Position numbers and translations under genes: made by a program. DNA of 64,000 bases from IMG/VR virus record IMGVR_UViG_3300046692_000582; one strand, 5' to 3'. Below, one piece after another: positions 47,258 to 57,250 of this stretch. Every line of letters starts with the position of its first letter. The first letter of the stretch is position 1. This stretch comes from an uncultured virus (IMG/VR IMGVR_UViG_3300046692_000582) (lineage: Duplodnaviria > Heunggongvirae > Uroviricota > Caudoviricetes). The notes under the pieces were generated by a model that saw nothing but the letters and a program-made list of their open reading frames with translations, had not been told where the DNA came from and did no database searches.

Positions 47258-47899
47258 ATGAACAATATGCGAAAAAAAGAAAAGCCCGGTTTTAATCGCG
47301 GCCACTTTCCTGAAGGTACAGTCGCCGTCGTCAAGGTGTTCGACGATTCGTCAAAAATCATTACGGTCACGGGCGTGTTCGAAAATGGACCGAATTCCTG
47401 GGTATTGGAAACCGACCTGCCAAACCTGCACAGCAAAGGCCAGTATCACGGGTATAACCTGTCACATGTGACGCAGATTCTGAAGCGCGGTGATGGCCCT
47501 TGCCGTGTGCGTGAGAGCGGAACTCCCGCCCTTTTCTACAAGGAAGAAAATTACCCAGGCCGTTGTCAGGTGGCATCGAAAAACAAGGGCGAATACGTTT
47601 TTCTTAACCTGCGTCACGTTGTAAGCACGATTCTGAAGAGCAATCCACGGTACGCCTTTCTGAAGGAAGATCATATCGTCGATATGGATGCAGTAGTCTC
47701 AGCACTAGTGAAGTCGGGGATTGTTCAGCGAGTCACTGAATGGGGCTTGAGCAAGGTCAACAAGCGCCAGCTGCACAAGCGCCTTATCAAGCTGATTGCC
47801 CGCCACAAGCTCAAGCGTCGTGTCCAGCAGGCTCTGGAAGACAAGGAAATGGAGCGAATTTACGTAGAGGATATGGAGCGCGAAAGCGCCTTTGCGTGA
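47258..47899 (+). CDS. hypothetical protein
   Basis: GGAG SD; 213 aa. Confidence 0.65.
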   Translation: MNNMRKKEKPGFNRGHFPEGTVAVVKVFDDSSKIITVTGVFENGPNSWVLETDLPNLHSKGQYHGYNLSHVTQILKRGDGPCRVRESGTPALFYKEENYPGRCQVASKNKGEYVFLNLRHVVSTILKSNPRYAFLKEDHIVDMDAVVSALVKSGIVQRVTEWGLSKVNKRQLHKRLIKLIARHKLKRRVQQALEDKEMERIYVEDMERESAFA

Positions 47900-48003
47900 A
47901 GAGCTGCAAGGCTCTGTCTAACGCATTCATAATCCATTAAGGGGATGGCAAGCATGCATCCCCTTGAAGCGCCCCGTGTTTCCCTGGCGTGGTTTGGGAG
48001 TCT

Positions 48004-48894
48004 TCAGCCTAATGGGCCAAACTTGAGTTCGAAGTCTTTCGGATCAACCCTCCCACTAAACATGGCTTCAAGCGCTTTTTGCCGGTGTGAGGTGCTGTTG
48101 TGACTTTCGTATAGCTCCAACAACTCATTAACCATGTAGTGAAGTTCGGCATCTTCAGCGTCTATTTCATCAAAAATATCCACTTCAAATGTCCACATTA
48201 GTTCATTCTTTTTGGCTGGGCCCGGAAGCAGGTAATCCAACCACTCCAGTCCGTCTTGATGGCTCGTGATGAAGTCCATGGGCATCAGCTCGACTAATTT
48301 TTTATGACTGAGTTGCTCGCGACTCTTCTTTCGGAAGCGAATGGCTTCAGCATTGCGAAAACCAGCAGCTTTTAGTATCCGTTGTTTCAGCTTTTGGTTT
48401 TCCAGCGAAAGACTGTGGAGTTCCTGATATTCATTCCAGGTATAGAATTCAGCTCCGATGGTGTTGATGACTGATACGTTAACCAATACAGATCCTGATT
48501 TGACGACATTGATCTGCATATCCAATGGTTCATGGTCACACCTTTTGCCATCACACGATGATATGCACAAGTCATAGAGTCGTTCCAATGCCTTGATGTT
48601 GGTAGTGGCGTGTATTGTCGTGTAGACCGGCACGCCGGATTCTGCCAGCGCACACGCTTTCTGGCCTGATAGACAGTCCCGGATCTCTATAGGCGATTGG
48701 TAGGCTGCGTCGATCAATCCAAGTCTTGCACATATTCTATTGAGCAGGGCCTTTTTCCCGGATCCGATGACACCTGAAATAAGGGTGATTCTTTGCCCTG
48801 GAGATTTGTTCGACAAACGTAGGCTGGGGCGGCGCAGGCTTTCTATAACCTGCACAAGCTCGTCTTCAGTTTCTATTTGCAAGCGCTTCATCAA
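48004..48894 (-). CDS. degenerate GspE/PilT-like ATPase domain plus an unknown C-terminal domain
   Basis: ISGVIGSGKK, EIRD, TTIHA..ALERL. Confidence 0.6.
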   Translation of the reverse strand: MMKRLQIETEDELVQVIESLRRPSLRLSNKSPGQRITLISGVIGSGKKALLNRICARLGLIDAAYQSPIEIRDCLSGQKACALAESGVPVYTTIHATTNIKALERLYDLCISSCDGKRCDHEPLDMQINVVKSGSVLVNVSVINTIGAEFYTWNEYQELHSLSLENQKLKQRILKAAGFRNAEAIRFRKKSREQLSHKKLVELMPMDFITSHQDGLEWLDYLLPGPAKKNELMWTFEVDIFDEIDAEDAELHYMVNELLELYESHNSTSHRQKALEAMFSGRVDPKDFELKFGPLG

Positions 48895-49085
48895 ATATCC
48901 TTGTTATTGGGCATCTTCGGCCCGCCTAATATGCCGATATTATAGATAAAACTTCAACATGACAAATTTCGCATATACGTCATTTTGATTGACATAATCT
49001 CACTAATCCAATATAATCTGTACCATAATCCACTCATCGCAAACGACCATGAGTGGCCCTTGATCTTTAATACGGAAGTACAATT

Positions 49086-49616
49086 ATGGGCGGCGTCAGC
49101 GGTTCGAATCACCTTCAGGTTCAGGTCGGCACATATCGCAATAAACCTGTGTTCAAGCCATTGTGCCACCCCGATGAGCTGGGTTACATGTGGTCGCGTG
49201 AAGTATTCGACCGGCTTGTTGCCTCCACTGACGGACTGCTGCCCTGTACCGCCTGCATTCGCACCCTGGAACGCGACAAGGCGATGGCGGAACTGGAGCA
49301 GGCACGGGCGCTGATTGCCCATCTTCAGGGCGAGACTGCGCCACACGATCCTGAGCTGATCATTGGCGAACTGGTGCTGGGGCTGTTCACTCCGTCCGAT
49401 AAGGTCTGGCCTGATTGCGCGAAGGCTGTTGCACAAGCGTGCGCAGGCGATGATCCAGAACGCATGGGTTTTGCCCTGGAAGCTGCCGAACAATTCGGCG
49501 CCATGTCCTTGCCGGACACGGGCCTCGTGGTTTTCAAGGAGCAGGATTTGTACGGCATGATGCGTGCCTTGAGCGTTCGCTCACCGGAAGAGCGCGGTCA
49601 GGGCAAGGGCGAGTAA
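49086..49616 (+). CDS. hypothetical protein
   Basis: 176 aa; promoter TTGACA..TATAAT upstream. Confidence 0.65.
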   Translation: MGGVSGSNHLQVQVGTYRNKPVFKPLCHPDELGYMWSREVFDRLVASTDGLLPCTACIRTLERDKAMAELEQARALIAHLQGETAPHDPELIIGELVLGLFTPSDKVWPDCAKAVAQACAGDDPERMGFALEAAEQFGAMSLPDTGLVVFKEQDLYGMMRALSVRSPEERGQGKGE

Positions 49617-49684
49617 TCTCTGGTGGGAGGGCGGCTTAAGCCGCCCTCCCAGCCGAACCCAATCACTTTAAAGAGGCTTCCTTC

Positions 49685-49984
49685 ATGGGTAGACGAGTCA
49701 ATTACGAAATCGGCCATTTGCCATCGGCAATCCTGTACTCAAACAGCAGTCACGCAACTGAAGATCCGGAAGATATTTTTCGGGATCTGGTCAAGGAGTA
49801 CGGCTACTCCGCCACCATGCTGGTGCGAAAGATGATTCTGGCGGAATACAAAACAGATTCCAGCATCCACAAGCGTGGCGAACCAATTTTCTACATTGAT
49901 CTGAGCGCAGAAGATCGAGAGGCTGTGCTGAAGGTAGTAGAGGCTGAAGACAGCAATCTGTTGGTTTTTGTCCACAACAAATAG
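49685..49984 (+). CDS. hypothetical protein
   Basis: GAGG SD. Confidence 0.65.
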   Translation: MGRRVNYEIGHLPSAILYSNSSHATEDPEDIFRDLVKEYGYSATMLVRKMILAEYKTDSSIHKRGEPIFYIDLSAEDREAVLKVVEAEDSNLLVFVHNK

Positions 49985-50007
49985 TCACTCACATTAGGAA
50001 TCAGCCT

Positions 50008-50502
50008 GTGCGCGAAAATTCTCGCTTTAAGTCCTTGATTGGTGATGCTCACACCATCATGCCGCTATCGCAGCTGCCTAAGCCTTTTCAAATGGCCATC
50101 GTGTGGTACATGGCTGTGGATGGATGTGCGTGGGAGGATATTGAGCTTCCAGAGACCCAAGAGGACATGGTTGCTTTCAAACAGGCCGTAGAAGATGCCA
50201 TTCCAGAGTTTGTGCGTCGTTATGGCGACCGCAAGTTTGGAATCGTGAACATTCCTGTGGAGCAGTTCAAGCAGTCGATGATGCAGGGCACCGAGATTGG
50301 CGAAGACTTCAGTACTTTTGACGAATATCATCAATGGTATTTGTCACATGGCGATACGCCTGAGTATGACAGCGAAGATCGCTGGCCGGTGATCCTTTCG
50401 GACTTCGGAGACGAAGTCACCCAGGATGGCGCACATCGCTTGCACAGCTACATTCGTGCGCAACATACCGACATCCCGGCGCTATTCTTCCCTTCCCCAT
50501 AA
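50008..50502 (+). CDS. ParB/Srx-fold-like protein; paralog of 45738..46283
   Basis: QMAIVWY..RWPVIL..QDGAHRLHSY..IPA. Confidence 0.7.
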   Translation: MRENSRFKSLIGDAHTIMPLSQLPKPFQMAIVWYMAVDGCAWEDIELPETQEDMVAFKQAVEDAIPEFVRRYGDRKFGIVNIPVEQFKQSMMQGTEIGEDFSTFDEYHQWYLSHGDTPEYDSEDRWPVILSDFGDEVTQDGAHRLHSYIRAQHTDIPALFFPSP

Positions 50503-50518
50503 CCAAGGATGACCTGAC

Positions 50519-50812
50519 ATGCAAGATGGCGATGACGATCCAACAATATGCAAACTGGAAGAGATGTTTGGCACTTTGCAGCGCCAACAAGCGCAGGCGG
50601 AAGATCGCCTGAAAGATCTGGAGATTCTCTGCTACTTCAGTCGATTTTGGCTGATGCGGCGATATTACATCTGGAAGATTCGTCGAATGAGTGCGCGCAT
50701 CAATCAATGTATTGAGTTTCAAGTGTCATTGCGCAATCATCAGATTACCAGAACGAGAAGTCTCGTTGCAGAAATGAAAGACGATCAGCCTTATTTTTCA
50801 GCACAATCGTAA
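50519..50812 (+). CDS. hypothetical protein
   Basis: AAGGA SD. Confidence 0.5.
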   Translation: MQDGDDDPTICKLEEMFGTLQRQQAQAEDRLKDLEILCYFSRFWLMRRYYIWKIRRMSARINQCIEFQVSLRNHQITRTRSLVAEMKDDQPYFSAQS

Positions 50813-50860
50813 AGCTCTCGCAAAGGGCGCCAGCGTTGACTCCCGGCGCTCAATTACGTG

Positions 50861-51337
50861 TCATGAATAATAGGAAAATGAGCCAAACTTCAGCTGTACT
50901 GCATCATTTCCATACTTTTCCTTCATATAATTCATGATTTCCACGACGTCTGGATTTGCTTTAACGCACTCATAGTCGCTAAGAATTTTATCGGGTATTA
51001 TTTCATGATCGGTCCCGCGATAATGCTCATGGTAGTTCCAATTCAGGATGTCTCCGTCACCATTTTTTAAGTCAAAATTAAATTTCCAGAATGGCTTGCC
51101 TTCAATGCTATACACGTTTTCTGAAAGATCATCACTCAGTAGCCAATTTGACGAGTCTGTTACGCGCTCAGTTGGGACAGTGCATTCTTTGTTCGGCTCA
51201 CCGCAATGGGGATTAAACGCGGATTTTTTATTCGACTCAATTCCGTGGGAGCATCCATAAAATTGTTTCTGATAAACGACTTTTTGCGGTTTTACTTCTA
51301 AATAAAACCCAACATGCACCTGAAAATTCATGCCCAT
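50861..51337 (-). CDS. zinc-ribbon hypothetical protein, tandem paralog
   Basis: VGFYLEV..FNPHCG..YMKEKYG..LKFG. Confidence 0.65.
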   Translation of the reverse strand: MGMNFQVHVGFYLEVKPQKVVYQKQFYGCSHGIESNKKSAFNPHCGEPNKECTVPTERVTDSSNWLLSDDLSENVYSIEGKPFWKFNFDLKNGDGDILNWNYHEHYRGTDHEIIPDKILSDYECVKANPDVVEIMNYMKEKYGNDAVQLKFGSFSYYS

Positions 51338-51395
51338 TGAATGGCCCTTATTGTTAATTATTACATGCGTTCATGTTAACAAAATGACGTGTTAA

Positions 51396-51872
51396 TTACC
51401 AATGACAAACCGCGCCGTACTTCAGCTCAATTGATTGCTCTCCGTAAGTGGATTTCATATAAGACAGCAGAGCTTGCAACTTTTCACACTTGTCGGCGAT
51501 GTGAAAGGCTTCTTTCAGGCCATTCATATCGACACCCATGGCATGAATGCGACTTTCATCCCCCATGGTGACATTTAGGAATTCGCCATTGGCCTTGAAA
51601 ATTGGCACGTCTAACAGCCAGATATCCCGATCAACGCCCTCCATTTGGAACGCGCAGCTCTCAAACTCCGCAGGTAACAAGTTACTGGGCGATGAATCAG
51701 TTATCTTGCGTTTTTTGTGGATTGCTTCGATTTTCGTACCGCATTGTGGGCAAAACTTGATCGTTTCATTTGCCTTCTTCCCGCATGCCGGTGCTGGACA
51801 CACGTGGCTGGTTACTGTTTCAAAGACTTCCTGAGCATTGACTTTGCAATAAAGACCTACGACAACTTCCAT
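51396..51872 (-). CDS. zinc-ribbon hypothetical protein, tandem paralog
   Basis: VGLYCKV..FCPQCG..YMKSTYG..LKYG. Confidence 0.65.
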   Translation of the reverse strand: MEVVVGLYCKVNAQEVFETVTSHVCPAPACGKKANETIKFCPQCGTKIEAIHKKRKITDSSPSNLLPAEFESCAFQMEGVDRDIWLLDVPIFKANGEFLNVTMGDESRIHAMGVDMNGLKEAFHIADKCEKLQALLSYMKSTYGEQSIELKYGAVCHW

Positions 51873-51999
51873 AACAAAACCTCAATTATTATTCTCACAT
51901 CATATCAAACAATCTTCTTAGGTCAATATTATTGATTTGAATCCTGGGAAGAAGTCTGCTTTACTGGTGATCACGTAAATAGATGCGAGAAGGCCTGCT

Positions 52000-52209
52000 A
52001 TGGACAAATACTACATCCGTCTTGGTGAAGGTGAATATCGGGAAGTTCCGCGTGCTGAATGGATCTCTGCGGAGCGCTCTGCGGAGCGCTCTGCGGGCTT
52101 TCGTCCCAAGCTCTCTTCCACCGATCCCCGGTACAACGACACATGCGCCACAGGTGGATTCTCCGGCAACGGTATTTCCGGTCGAATCGAGTACGCCAAG
52201 ATCGGCTAA
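52000..52209 (+). CDS. small hypothetical protein with an in-frame 12-bp tandem repeat
   Basis: CTCTGCGGAGCG x2.7 at 52065-52096 (SAER SAER SA). Confidence 0.6.
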   Translation: MDKYYIRLGEGEYREVPRAEWISAERSAERSAGFRPKLSSTDPRYNDTCATGGFSGNGISGRIEYAKIG

Positions 52210-52271
52210 GCCTCAACTGCATGCAGCCTGGGTGATCCTCAGGCTTTTTTCCACCCCTACTAGAACTCACT

Positions 52272-52574
52272 ATGCACGACGAAAAATCCACCTCCCAACT
52301 CTTTTTTCCAGCTGAAGAACTCCGAGAGCACACCTATAAATTTGGCCGTGGCGGCGTAGGCAAAACCGAGTTTTCCTACCTCCTGCGTAAATACCGAATT
52401 CAGGCCCCTCCTCCCAAGGGTAATTGGATTGAGTTTTGGACAGGAAAACTCATGAATGAGGATCCTAACAACCGACTGCCAAGAGGCTTTCCTAAGCCTG
52501 TAAGGCTGTCCTGGGTACAGCGCACGCTTGCGCAAGAAATTGCGAAGAGAGAAGCTATTTTGCAGCAACTGTAG
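52272..52574 (+). CDS. small protein of the PNNRLPRGF family
   Basis: paralog of 33701..33937. Confidence 0.65.
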   Translation: MHDEKSTSQLFFPAEELREHTYKFGRGGVGKTEFSYLLRKYRIQAPPPKGNWIEFWTGKLMNEDPNNRLPRGFPKPVRLSWVQRTLAQEIAKREAILQQL

Positions 52575-52670
52575 AAAGTCAATGTGATTGACACCGGAGT
52601 TGTCAACTAGTACACTTTGCCTACAATGCATCAGCTCGCCTATGCAGGCATATCACTCGGGAAGCCCAAC

Positions 52671-52847
52671 ATGCTGGATTATCAAAAAAAGATCGTTGAA
52701 GAACTTCGTGCTAGCGGTCATGCCGTGGTAATTTTTGAAATCGAAGAACTCAACGGCGTGCAGGCCAAGGCGTTTGAAAGCGAGCTGGTTCGTCTGGGTA
52801 ATGACCATATTGAGCAAATGGATGGTTATGTCGCTGATCCCGAATAA
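52671..52847 (+). CDS. small hypothetical protein
   Basis: ELRASGHAVVIF..EEL; terminator 52868-52891. Confidence 0.55.
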   Translation: MLDYQKKIVEELRASGHAVVIFEIEELNGVQAKAFESELVRLGNDHIEQMDGYVADPE

Positions 52848-53096
52848 CGCCTGATACCACTTCCATGAAAACCGGCAGTGCCGGTTTTTTTGTGCCTGGA
52901 AATATTGATTCCATTTTTGTAACAGTGTTTTATTGAATTCAAACTGTTTCGTTTGCACACATAAGCCTAATATTAATTGTGCCAGTACGGCAAACGCAGC
53001 GACACCAAGCTCCCATCTAGAGGCGATCCCTGCGTTAACTTTAGCGAGTGATGCGCCCCTCTTAATCGCGCAAAGCTCGCCTTTTTCAAGGTGATT

Positions 53097-53369
53097 ATGA
53101 TGGAAATGTTTCAGGTGGTAATGGCCGCTTTATTGACCGGCATCGTATTCAATGTGATGGCTGCCGATGCTGCGCCGGGTACATCGGCGAAGGTGGACAC
53201 GCAGGAATATTCTTATTCTCAAGAATTGGACGTGGCCAAAGTCATTTCCATGTCCCAAGTTCCAGACATCTGTGCCGTAGTTCCGGCAGAAATGGTCTAC
53301 GAAGACTCCACAGGGCAACGCCACACGCTGACCTACAAAGTGATGGGCAATGGCTGCTCAAACGGCTGA
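53097..53369 (+). CDS. DUF2790-family secreted protein
   Basis: YSYSQELDVAKVIS..CAVVPAEMVYEDSTG..H.L.Y.VMGNGCS. Confidence 0.85.
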   Translation: MMEMFQVVMAALLTGIVFNVMAADAAPGTSAKVDTQEYSYSQELDVAKVISMSQVPDICAVVPAEMVYEDSTGQRHTLTYKVMGNGCSNG

Positions 53370-53393
53370 GGCGCCTTGGAGGGGCTGTACGCC

Positions 53394-53696
53394 TTAGGCG
53401 ATGAGCGTTGCTCGGCCAGGGTTGCTCTTGGCGTCTTCATGCTCGCGAACTTGCTGCTCATATTGCTTGTAGGAGCGATGCAGTTGAAGCATGCCATAGG
53501 CGGTGGCAACAAACGTAATCGCCATGAAATTTCTGAAGATCGACATGACGAGCGCCAGCCCGAGCGCGATGAACATCATGTGCAGGCTCGCCCTGGCAGT
53601 TTTAAATCTCTTTATGCCCCACGTCAGGCCCAAAAAGCCGCCAATCATGAGCAAAAAGTTGATAATCAGCAGCCAATGATCGAGTTGCATTAACAA
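53394..53696 (-). CDS. small membrane protein
   Basis: hydrophobic helices. Confidence 0.55.
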   Translation of the reverse strand: MLMQLDHWLLIINFLLMIGGFLGLTWGIKRFKTARASLHMMFIALGLALVMSIFRNFMAITFVATAYGMLQLHRSYKQYEQQVREHEDAKSNPGRATLIA

Positions 53697-53833
53697 ATTC
53701 CGGAATGGAGGCGTTGTCGCTAAAATGAGGGGCGCATAATAAATGAGGATGGGTAAGGAGGCCAGAGGGAGGAGAAACCGCTGGGCGGATTCAAAGCCAA
53801 CGGCTTTGGTTATCAGATCGTCCCTGAACCGGG

Positions 53834-54103
53834 TTAATGCAGGGTAAGAAGCCTTTGGACAACAAAGGTCTCAGCGCGCATGGGCCGATGCACCGCTTCA
53901 ACCGTCAATACTCCGTTTACCAATCGAAATGCATGGCCTTGACCGTGTTGATCGTAACCAATGGCCGTATTACCGCCATGCAGTATCTCTTGGAACCGCA
54001 TTCTCCCTGAAATTAGTGTAAAGCCCAATCGACGCAGCATTGTTTCCAATTCATTGATCCTCAGATTAATGAGCCTTCCCTGGTACTTTAGAGCATGAAA
54101 CAA
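53834..54103 (-). CDS. hypothetical protein
   Basis: 89 aa ORF. Confidence 0.5.
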   Translation of the reverse strand: MFHALKYQGRLINLRINELETMLRRLGFTLISGRMRFQEILHGGNTAIGYDQHGQGHAFRLVNGVLTVEAVHRPMRAETFVVQRLLTLH

Positions 54104-54130
54104 AGTGGCTTCTAAGTGATCTTGTCAGAC

Positions 54131-54373
54131 TCAGTGCTTATTTTTGAGATAGCCAGTCTGGACAATTTCACGAGCAAGGCGTTGCTGCTCGGGCGTAATG
54201 ACGAGTCGCTTGGAATCTACCATCCCGTTTTTCCAACCGTGATAGAAGCTGCGGCTACGGTCGCTCCCAGGCTCTGCGTCGCCCTTGTACCCTGAGTTGT
54301 ATCCGGCCATGATATCGGCTTCATCAAGACTTGAAAGGTCTTCAATGGTTTCTGCGGTTTGAAATTCGCTCAT
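54131..54373 (-). CDS. small hypothetical protein
   Basis: GAGG SD; GY..EPGSDRSRSFYHGWKNG. Confidence 0.65.
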   Translation of the reverse strand: MSEFQTAETIEDLSSLDEADIMAGYNSGYKGDAEPGSDRSRSFYHGWKNGMVDSKRLVITPEQQRLAREIVQTGYLKNKH

Positions 54374-54496
54374 CTGTTGTTCCTCGCCTTGCTGTTGATC
54401 CAGTATCAGTCATTAGCCATGGGTGATCAAGCAGCGCCTCAGGTAAGAAATGTCTTCTATCGAGCATCACTCATTGCCGCAACTGGTGCCCTTGCC

Positions 54497-55162
54497 TTAC
54501 GCGTCGACCACCTTACATCCGGCTTGGGACAGCGCCTTGCACAGGAAGTTGAATCCAACAGAAGTGCCCAGCCATTGAATCGCAGTCGCCGCAGCAGTGG
54601 CCGCAGCTTGGTTGTAAGGAGACTTCATCTTCATGGCCCAGACCGACGTCTCATTCGGGTTTTCGGCCAACAGATAAGCCAGTGTATTGCCTCCGTATTC
54701 TTCGTTGTTCATTTCTTCCCAGGAGGTGGCAAACGCCAATTCTCTGGATTCGGCCTTGTATTCGGGCACGACTTTCAATCGATGCTGATTGGCGCCTCGA
54801 TGCACCAAGTTCTCTTGGTAACTCAGATCATCAGTGGAAAGCGTCACTGCGCCGCCGAGAATTTGCATGACGCTTTCTTTCAGTGCTTGGAGAGCTTGCT
54901 CCGGAGATGAAAAGTCGCTCAATTGATGTTGTTCAATGGCATTTGCCACAGCCCGGCTTTGTTCCTGAAGCGCATCGCGCTCAGTTTGCAGGATCACCGC
55001 CTGAGTGTGTAGCGACTCAAAGGCCTCAAACCTCACGTAATCGCCTATTCGGAAACAGGTGTGCCACGGCTCGTACATGCCCGTCTTGCTCCATTCAAAC
55101 CGGTGCGTGTCGGTTATTGAGGCAACATTCACCGCAGCGTCGTTTGCAATTACTTTGTCCAT
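54497..55162 (-). CDS. hypothetical protein
   Basis: AATAIQWLGTSVGFNFL motif; AGGA SD. Confidence 0.7.
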   Translation of the reverse strand: MDKVIANDAAVNVASITDTHRFEWSKTGMYEPWHTCFRIGDYVRFEAFESLHTQAVILQTERDALQEQSRAVANAIEQHQLSDFSSPEQALQALKESVMQILGGAVTLSTDDLSYQENLVHRGANQHRLKVVPEYKAESRELAFATSWEEMNNEEYGGNTLAYLLAENPNETSVWAMKMKSPYNQAAATAAATAIQWLGTSVGFNFLCKALSQAGCKVVDA

Positions 55163-55297
55163 GTCGGGTTTCCTGTAAGCTTATGTGCAGGCATTGGGCC
55201 TATGCTGAACACTGATCGATCCAGCGCCATTTGTCAGTCAGTTTCGTGCGGGTTTCAACACTGAGGGATTCCCCTCAGTAAATTGGCCAGTGGGTCG

Positions 55298-55762
55298 TTA
55301 CTCGGGTTCTGCGATTCCGTTCGCAGCAATGGCACGTTTGTGCACTTCGCTGCCATTTCGGCTCATGTGGCGCACGAACGCTTCAGCCTCGTAGTCGGAC
55401 TTGAAGTTGTCCATATCGTCATCGGTTTCGATCACGTACTTCCCGTCCCATTCTCCACCGCTGTTGAGCGACAGGCACCAGCCTTCCAGCTCACCCACAC
55501 TGTTAATCAGCGAAACATCTTTATCGCTGATAGTGACCACCGAAGCTTCTGTTTTTGCAATGACAATCTGTTCTTCACGCATGCTGTAGTGTGGGAAACC
55601 CACGGCTTCCAGGATCTCGTCGTTATCGAGCAGTCGTTTTGCTCGCGTCACAATGGCGTCGTACATCTGTTGTGCTGAGAAGTCCTGCCCCTCTGGATCG
55701 CTAGATCCGCCCATTTGGAAAATGAGCTGAAAATCATGATTGTAGGTTTTTCCTGTGGTCAT
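55298..55762 (-). CDS. hypothetical protein
   Basis: AAGG SD. Confidence 0.65.
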   Translation of the reverse strand: MTTGKTYNHDFQLIFQMGGSSDPEGQDFSAQQMYDAIVTRAKRLLDNDEILEAVGFPHYSMREEQIVIAKTEASVVTISDKDVSLINSVGELEGWCLSLNSGGEWDGKYVIETDDDMDNFKSDYEAEAFVRHMSRNGSEVHKRAIAANGIAEPE

Positions 55763-55913
55763 GTTATCGCCTTTCGATGTATTTAATATGGGCAAATCAT
55801 AGACGGGAACTCATTTAAGCGCAATGTTTTTTGTACAAATTTTAATTTTGTTTGCTGAAATGACATTTATTGCTTATAATCAGTCATCGAAACGAATTCT
55901 CAAGGTAACCAGC

Positions 55914-56315
55914 ATGTCCCTTAAATTTGCGCATCTGAGCTTTGGTTCTGGGCTAATTCTTGTCAAATCAAGTGACGCCTGCCCTCTTCCAGCTGAATTT
56001 GATTTCAGTGATCCTGAAGAGTGTGCACGAACCATTTTCGCGATTATGTCCTGCCAAAGTGGAGGATTCACCCTGCGTGATTGCAAGCTGGCCTACGATC
56101 CAGAGCGTCGATCAGCCAACTTGACCTGCGGAGGTATGCACGTCTACTACCAGGACGATGCTGTCCCTGAGATGACTGGCGAGCAGGCTGTGGCGTACGC
56201 CGGTAACTATCCGGGTCTGGTGCGACATTTGGGAAATGTACGGTCTGAGGGTTACGGTGATGGCTGGAAGCGCGCCCAATGGAGCTACATACAGCGTGTG
56301 GCGTTGGTAGGATGA
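55914..56315 (+). CDS. hypothetical protein
   Basis: AAGG SD; promoter upstream. Confidence 0.65.
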   Translation: MSLKFAHLSFGSGLILVKSSDACPLPAEFDFSDPEECARTIFAIMSCQSGGFTLRDCKLAYDPERRSANLTCGGMHVYYQDDAVPEMTGEQAVAYAGNYPGLVRHLGNVRSEGYGDGWKRAQWSYIQRVALVG

Positions 56316-56469
56316 CTGGTAAGCAGGGAGGATCAATGGACGACGAAGACTATGCCCATATTGAGCAAGGTGACAGAATACCTTCACTGAGTTTTATGCA
56401 TGGGTCTACTGTTTTGTTGGTTGCAGCGTTCTGTTGGCTGGTGACGTGAACGGTATTTTTTCCGACATA

Positions 56470-56515
56470 TTTTTGTACAAAAAATATTGACAAAAACTGT
56501 TAGTGTTTGCATAAT
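56470..56515 (+). promoter_or_regulatory. promoter with TTTTTGTACAAAAA just upstream of the -35 box
   Basis: palindrome 56470-56483; TTGACA 56487-17-CATAAT. Confidence 0.8.
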
Positions 56516-56538
56516 AAACAAATCAAACATGATTCGGA

Positions 56539-57174
56539 ATGAATACGATGGCCACCAAAAGCAAAGAGCAGGAAGAGCTTGATCGTCAGCGCTGGATTGC
56601 CAAAGGCGAGGCGTTGAGCGCGATCATCATGCCCGTTGCTCAACGCGAACGTGACTTTGACTATCGCTGGCAGGATGTTGAGCGATACATGCTCAAAACC
56701 GCTGAGGATTTTGGTCCTCTTGAAATGGATCCTGATTTTCAGCGCGGCCATGTATGGACTCAGGAGCAGCAGCTGTCCTTTGTCCAAAACGCTCTTCGTG
56801 GCACGGTTTCAACCTCGGGTTTCATTCTTCAGTTCAACTGCCCTAATTGGAATGACGAGCAATACGACGGCGAGCTTCCGCTTGGCTTGCAGTGCCTTGA
56901 TGGGCTACAGCGCTACACGGCAGTCCAGGCATTCATCAAGGGTGAGATCAAGCCTTTTGGGCTGACGGTTGAAGACCTGAGCATGAGCCGATTTGCCGTG
57001 CACCACTTGTACTTCAAGATTGCGATGTACACCTATGGTGACCGCGTGTCGCTGCTGGATCACTACCTCGCGTTTAATGATGGTGGCGTTGCTCACAGCC
57101 AAGAAGAGTTGCAGCGTGTGCGCGCACTCCGTGATGAGGCCATGGCCAAATTTCGCCAAAATCAAGGTAAGTAA
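56539..57174 (+). CDS. stand-alone DUF262 (ParB-like) domain protein
   Basis: PDFQRGHVWT, CLDGLQR, FNDGG. Confidence 0.8.
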   Translation: MNTMATKSKEQEELDRQRWIAKGEALSAIIMPVAQRERDFDYRWQDVERYMLKTAEDFGPLEMDPDFQRGHVWTQEQQLSFVQNALRGTVSTSGFILQFNCPNWNDEQYDGELPLGLQCLDGLQRYTAVQAFIKGEIKPFGLTVEDLSMSRFAVHHLYFKIAMYTYGDRVSLLDHYLAFNDGGVAHSQEELQRVRALRDEAMAKFRQNQGK

Positions 57175-57250
57175 GGTAAAGTCAGCGCGTCAGTCTTGCG
57201 GGAATGATGCGCTGCTTGCACTTTGGATTTTATGGAACAGAGATTTGCTC

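Noticed and set aside
52065..52096. 12-bp tandem repeat as a CRISPR or iteron element
   Set aside because: No spacers, under three copies, and in frame within a CDS.
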